NCBI GenBank assembly: GCA_965215305.1
Contig: OZ244041.1
Span: 3,486,283-3,550,282, forward strand
Direction of reading: 5' to 3'
Length of the DNA: 64,000 nucleotides
Source: Alphaproteobacteria bacterium
GTDB taxonomy: Bacteria > Pseudomonadota > Alphaproteobacteria > Bin95
Shown here: positions 59,699 through 64,000 of the stretch, one piece after another
Layout: every line of letters begins with the position of its first letter
How positions within the stretch are numbered: position 1 is the stretch's first letter
Translations under genes and position numbers: made by a program
The notes under the pieces: generated by a model
Database searches by the model: none
The model's input: only the letters and a program-made list of their open reading frames with translations
What the model was told of the DNA's origin: nothing

Positions 59699-60523
59699 AT
59701 GGGCAGAAGACTGCTTCTCTCTCTCACAATCGTCACCATGCTCGCCGCGCTCGGCGCCGCCGGCCATGCAGCGGATCGCTTCATCATCGTCCAGTCCACC
59801 ACCTCGACCCAGAACTCCGGCCTTTACGACCACATCCTGCCGCTATTCCGGGAAAAGACCGGCATTGAGGTGCGGGTCGTCGCGGTCGGCACGGGCCAAG
59901 CGATCCGGAATGCCGCAAACGGCGACGGCGATGTGCTCCTCGTCCATGCAAAGCCTGAGGAGGAACAGTTCGTGGCCGACGGCCACGGCGTCAGCCGCGC
60001 TGATGTCATGTATAACGACTTCGTTGTCGTCGGGCCGGCGACCGACCCCGCCGGATTGGCGGGCATGGGCGACGCCGCGGCGGCGCTGGCCCGGATCGCC
60101 GCGGCCGAAGCGCCCTTCGTCTCGCGCGGCGACGACAGCGGCACGCACAAGGCCGAGCTCAGGCTCTGGAAAGAGGCCGGGGTCGATGCGGCCGCCGCTT
60201 CGGGCGGCTGGTATCGCGAAACGGGCTCCGGTATGGGCGCAACCCTCAATATCGCCGCCGGCATGGGCGCCTATGCAATGACCGACCGCGCGACATGGGC
60301 GAGCTTCGCCAACAGGGGCAGCCACCGGATCCTGGTCGAGGGCGACCCCAGGCTGTTCAACCAGTACGGCATCGTACTGGTGAATCCCGAGAGGCGCCCG
60401 AATGCGAAAGCCGGCCTCGCGCAGCAATTCGTCACCTGGATGCTCTCCGGAGAAGGACAGGCGGCCATCGCGTCCTACAGGGTTGACGACCGGCAGCTCT
60501 TCTTCCCGAACGCCGGCGGCTAA
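59699..60523 (+). CDS. tupA: Tungstate-binding periplasmic protein
   Basis: Signal peptide, STTSTQNSGL (TTTS-like motif), VGTGQA, D..LVH, MYNDF, FVSRGDDSGTH, GMG.TL, DRAT, LFNQY. Confidence 0.9.
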   Translation: MGRRLLLSLTIVTMLAALGAAGHAADRFIIVQSTTSTQNSGLYDHILPLFREKTGIEVRVVAVGTGQAIRNAANGDGDVLLVHAKPEEEQFVADGHGVSRADVMYNDFVVVGPATDPAGLAGMGDAAAALARIAAAEAPFVSRGDDSGTHKAELRLWKEAGVDAAAASGGWYRETGSGMGATLNIAAGMGAYAMTDRATWASFANRGSHRILVEGDPRLFNQYGIVLVNPERRPNAKAGLAQQFVTWMLSGEGQAAIASYRVDDRQLFFPNAGG

Positions 60524-60579
60524 CGCCCCGCGCGGGCTTTCGCTGGCATGGCGGAGCCCGCTGGCATAAGGATTGCCGA

Positions 60580-61617
60580 ATGACACGGTTTCTGCAGTTG
60601 TTGCTGGCGGTTGCGCTCGTCGGTTTCGGCGCGCCTGGCGAGGCCCGCACCGTCCGCGACTCCGCCGGGAGGGTCGTGGAAATCCCGGACCGGGTGGAGC
60701 GCATCTTCGCCGCCGGGCCGCCGGCCTCGATCCTGGTCTATGCACTCAAGCCCACAGCGCTGCTCGGATGGCCGCGCGCGCTTCGGGACCATGAGCGGCC
60801 CTATATCGCCGAACCTTGGCGCGACCTCCCCGAGACCGGGCGGCTTACCGGCCGCGGCGGCGGCGCGAGCCTCGAACGGGTGATCGCGCTGAAACCGGAC
60901 CTCATCGTCGATTTCGGATCCGTCCGGGACACCTATATCGACCTTGCGAACCGCGTCCAGCACCAGACCGGTATCCCCTATATCCTGGTCAACGGTCGCT
61001 TTTCCGAAACAGCAGCGTCGCTCCGGCTGCTCGGAGCGGCGCTGGGCGTCCCGGATCGCGGCGAAGCGCTTGCCGCCGATGCCGAGGCGACCTTCGCGAA
61101 ACTCCGCGCCGCGCTCGGCGCCGTGCCGATGAAAGAGCGGCCGCGCGTCTATCTCGCCCGCGGCCCGGACGGGCTCGAAACGGGGCTGAAAGGCTCCATC
61201 AACACCGAGATCATCGAACTCGCCGGCGGACGGAACGTGGCCGATGCGCCCGGGCGCCACGGCCTCGTCCGGGCCTCGCCGGAGCAGGTGATCCTGGCCG
61301 ACCCCGACACCGTCCTCACCTGGGACCGAACCTTCTACGACCGCGTCTGGCGGGACCCGCTCTGGCAGGGGATAGAGGCGGTGCGCCGGGGCCAGGTCTA
61401 TCTCTCGCCAACCGCGCCGTTCGGCTGGATCGACCGCCCGCCCTCCATCAACCGCATGATGGGGCTGACATGGCTCGCCGGCCTGTTCTATCCCGATTTG
61501 TGGCCGGACGAGCTGCGCGCCGAAACACACGCCTTCTACAGGCTCTGGTACCATATCGATCTTGGCGAAGCGGACCTCGACCGGCTGCTGGGGCAGGCGA
61601 AAGGACGCGCGCCCTGA
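60580..61617 (+). CDS. Type II ABC transporter substrate-binding protein (iron-chelate/BtuF/MolA-like class III)
   Basis: Signal peptide, DSAGR.V.IP, AAGPPA, E...ALKPDL, AGGRNV, PFGWIDRPPS.NR. Confidence 0.85.
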   Translation: MTRFLQLLLAVALVGFGAPGEARTVRDSAGRVVEIPDRVERIFAAGPPASILVYALKPTALLGWPRALRDHERPYIAEPWRDLPETGRLTGRGGGASLERVIALKPDLIVDFGSVRDTYIDLANRVQHQTGIPYILVNGRFSETAASLRLLGAALGVPDRGEALAADAEATFAKLRAALGAVPMKERPRVYLARGPDGLETGLKGSINTEIIELAGGRNVADAPGRHGLVRASPEQVILADPDTVLTWDRTFYDRVWRDPLWQGIEAVRRGQVYLSPTAPFGWIDRPPSINRMMGLTWLAGLFYPDLWPDELRAETHAFYRLWYHIDLGEADLDRLLGQAKGRAP

Positions 61618-61640
61618 ATTCCCTCCGCACGGGTGGAAGA

Positions 61641-62627
61641 GTGGGGGCCGGAACGGCACTCTGGCTCGCCGCCGCCCTGGCCTTCGGCAGTTTCGCCGCG
61701 CTCCTGATCGGGCCCTATCCGCTCGGGCCCTTCGAGGCGATAACGGTACTGACGGGCGGCGAGAGCGCCGGGCAGGCCGAAACCGTGCTGCTTGCGATCC
61801 GGCTTCCGAGGGTGGCGGCGTCGCTGCTGGTCGGCGCGGCGCTGGCGGCGGCGGGCGCCTGCTACCAGACGATCTTCCGCAACCCGCTCGTATCGCCGGA
61901 CATTCTCGGCGTCTCGGCCGGGGCGGGCCTCGGCGCGGTGTTCGGCATCTTCCTCGCGCTGCCGGTCGCGGCCATCCAGCTCCTGGGCTTCGCGGGCGGG
62001 CTCGGGGCCGTCGCGCTGGTCGGCCTCACCGCCGCCTCGGTGAAGACAGGAGACCGCACGCTTGTCCTCGTGCTGGCGGGCGTGGTGGTCGGTGCGCTTG
62101 CCGGCGCCGCGACCTCGCTGCTGAAGGTGCTGGCCGACCCTTACGACCAGCTCCCCGCCATCACCTTCTGGCTGCTCGGCAGCCTCGCCGGGGTAAAGGC
62201 CGCAGACCTCGTGCCCGCCGCTCCGGTCGTGGCCGCCGGCCTCGTGCCGCTGATCCTGCTGCGCTGGCGGATCAATGTGCTGGCGCTCGGCGACGAGGAG
62301 GCGCGGACGCTCGGTATCGAGGCGGGACGGATCCGCCTCGTCGTCATCCTTTGCGCCACGCTTATCACGGCGAGCGTCGTGGCAGTCGCAGGCGTCGTCG
62401 GCTGGGTCGGGCTCGTCATCCCGCATATCGCCCGCATGCTCACCGGCCCGGGCTTCGGCCGGCTGTTGCCGGCCGCCACGCTGCTCGGCGCGGGTTACAT
62501 GCTCGCGGTCGATACGCTCGCGCGCACCGTCTCGGCCGCCGAGGTGCCGCTCGGCATCCTGACGGCGGTGGTGGGCGCCCCCTTCTTCCTCTGGCTGCTC
62601 GCACGGGGCCGGCGCGCATGGGCATGA
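61641..62627 (+). CDS. FecCD/BtuC-family permease
   Basis: IRLPR, YQ.IFRNPLVSPDILGVSAGA, FWLLGSL, GWVGLVIPH.AR, E.PLG...GAP. Start uncertain. Confidence 0.88.
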   Translation: MGAGTALWLAAALAFGSFAALLIGPYPLGPFEAITVLTGGESAGQAETVLLAIRLPRVAASLLVGAALAAAGACYQTIFRNPLVSPDILGVSAGAGLGAVFGIFLALPVAAIQLLGFAGGLGAVALVGLTAASVKTGDRTLVLVLAGVVVGALAGAATSLLKVLADPYDQLPAITFWLLGSLAGVKAADLVPAAPVVAAGLVPLILLRWRINVLALGDEEARTLGIEAGRIRLVVILCATLITASVVAVAGVVGWVGLVIPHIARMLTGPGFGRLLPAATLLGAGYMLAVDTLARTVSAAEVPLGILTAVVGAPFFLWLLARGRRAWA

Positions 62628-63439
62628 CGATCGAGACCCGCGACCTGGCGATCGGCTATCCGGGCCGGACAGTCGGCTCCGGCATCACGCTCGCTGCCGG
62701 ACCGGGCGCAGTGCTCTGCCTGCTCGGACCCAACGGCTCCGGCAAGACGACACTGTTCAGGACGCAGCTTGGCCTCATACCGGCGCTAGGCGGGCAGGTG
62801 CTGCTGGAGGGTCGGCCGCTCGACCGCCTCTCGCGCGCCCGGATTGCACGCCGCGTCGCCTATGTGCCGCAGGCGCATGCACCGCCTTTCGCCTGGTCCG
62901 CCCTCGAGGTCGTGCTGATGGGCCGAACGGCGCGGCTCGGGCTCTTCTCGCAGCCGGGCGAAGCAGACCGCGCCGCCGCGCGCGCCGCGCTCGAGCGCCT
63001 GCGCATCGGCGGTCTTGCGGATGCAGACTATACCCGCCTCTCCGGCGGCCAGCGCCAACTCGTTCTGGTTGCGCGGGCGCTCGCGCAGGAAACGCCCGTG
63101 CTCATCATGGACGAGCCCACCGCCAGCCTCGATTTCGGCAATCAGACTCTGGTGCTGCGGGAGATCACCGGACTTGCCGCCGACGGGCTCACCGTCATCC
63201 TCTCAACCCATGACCCCGACCACGCCTTCGCCGTCGGCACTGATGTCGCGCTGCTGCATGAGGGGCGCGTAAAGGCGAAGGGTCCGCCCGCCGCGGCGCT
63301 CACTGAAGAGGCGCTGTCCGCCGTCTACGGAGTCGATGTCAAGGTAGAGATCCTGGCCGGCGGCAGGACCGTCTGCGTGCCGTCCCTGGCCCGTCAGGGC
63401 GAAAGCCAGCGCACCGAGCCGGCTTCGGAAAGGTCGTAG
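62624..63439 (+). CDS. ABC transporter ATP-binding protein (FecE/BtuD-like)
   Basis: GPNGSGKTT, YVPQ, LSGGQRQ, MDEPTASLDFGNQ, STHDP. ATGA overlap. Confidence 0.9.
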   Translation: MTIETRDLAIGYPGRTVGSGITLAAGPGAVLCLLGPNGSGKTTLFRTQLGLIPALGGQVLLEGRPLDRLSRARIARRVAYVPQAHAPPFAWSALEVVLMGRTARLGLFSQPGEADRAAARAALERLRIGGLADADYTRLSGGQRQLVLVARALAQETPVLIMDEPTASLDFGNQTLVLREITGLAADGLTVILSTHDPDHAFAVGTDVALLHEGRVKAKGPPAAALTEEALSAVYGVDVKVEILAGGRTVCVPSLARQGESQRTEPASERS

Positions 63440-64000
63440 CCGCCCATGGCGGCGGCCTTGCGCCGGAAGGCGTCGCTCTGTGCAAAGGCCGCAAGCGCCT
63501 GCACCCGCTCGGTGAAATAGGCCCGGCGGTCGATCAGCAGGTCGAACCGCTCCCGCACCAGCGGCAGGAACGGCAGATGGAATTGGCGCGCCATCGCTTC
63601 TATGCCGGGGGCGGCGTCCGCCTCGCCCGCCGCAACCGCGGACGCCGCATCATTCTCGGTCCGCGCCAGTTCCGCAGTCGGCGCGAGGTCCGACGCCGTC
63701 AGCCCTTCCTTCTGCAGCAGCGCCTCGAAGAGCGCGGCCGCACCCGCACCCGGCTGGCGCATGGCGACCCGCCGGCCCCTGAGATCGGAGACGCAGCGCA
63801 CCCGGTCGCGCATGGCTTCCGAAAGGACGAGCCCCCGCGCCCGCACGGTCCATGCGATCAGCACCGCGCCCCGCAGGCCGCGTCCGGCGACCGTGCGGAC
63901 ATTCCAGTCGTCTTCCTCCGGGATATGCAGTCCGGCGAGCGCAGCGCGGCCGTCGGCAAAGGCGTCGAGGCCGTCGAAGCTGCCGTTCCAGAGCGTCGCC
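63394..64000 (-). CDS. C-terminal PBP-like (molybdate/tungstate-sensing type) domain protein, probably an HTH-PBP regulator; 5' end beyond the window
   Basis: The frame is open to the window edge: GSFDGL, LAGLH, RQPGAGA..L, A.AVA.GEADA..G, F.PL..ERFDL, GGYD....G. Confidence 0.75.
   Translation of the reverse strand, partial: ATLWNGSFDGLDAFADGRAALAGLHIPEEDDWNVRTVAGRGLRGAVLIAWTVRARGLVLSEAMRDRVRCVSDLRGRRVAMRQPGAGAAALFEALLQKEGLTASDLAPTAELARTENDAASAVAAGEADAAPGIEAMARQFHLPFLPLVRERFDLLIDRRAYFTERVQALAAFAQSDAFRRKAAAMGGYDLSEAGSVRWLSP

Noticed and set aside
60562-60577. Sigma54-like motif TGGCATAAGGATTGC upstream of the second ABC binding protein
   Set aside because: The GG-N10-GC spacing is right, but the predicted +1 (about 60588) would fall downstream of the ATG at 60580. 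It is only viable if the true start is further downstream.

Overview
GC-rich (about 70% by eye) chromosomal window from an alphaproteobacterium, probably Rhodospirillales-like. This is inferred from the yfgM-like/bamB-like/der cluster, DUF2794, ATP12, C-terminal AAE tails and alphaproteobacterial REP-like palindromes. It holds about 60 CDSs and one tRNA-Arg(ACG). Most genes are accessory catabolic enzymes: a BVMO with an ATP-dependent hydantoinase/oxoprolinase pair, three luciferase-like monooxygenases, a 2-oxoacid dehydrogenase E1a/E1b/E2 followed by a Ser/Cys proline-racemase-family gene, OtnK/OtnC, an orphan Mo-hydroxylase large subunit with a MoaD-like protein, and a histamine/trimethylamine-dehydrogenase-like flavoenzyme. 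There is also a sigma54-type amtB-glnK operon, tupBCA tungstate uptake and a second, type II ABC importer. I found no integrase, transposase, CRISPR array or rRNA. Best candidates for undescribed biology: (1) an exported Ntn-amidase lipoprotein tightly coupled to a bacterial GH3 amido-synthetase, suggesting an amide make/break pair; (2) a Rieske + small helical protein + amidohydrolase-fold triad that looks like a dinuclear-metal oxygenase; (3) REP-like repeats bracketing an AT-rich lipoprotein gene, with another copy nested in a putative MITE next to a cyanobacterial-type VKOR-Trx fusion; (4) two decayed antitoxin fragments (HigA-like, MazE-like), each directly behind an LLM gene ending in the same 12-mer; (5) a three-hairpin array after der. 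All product calls come from motif recognition, without database searches.
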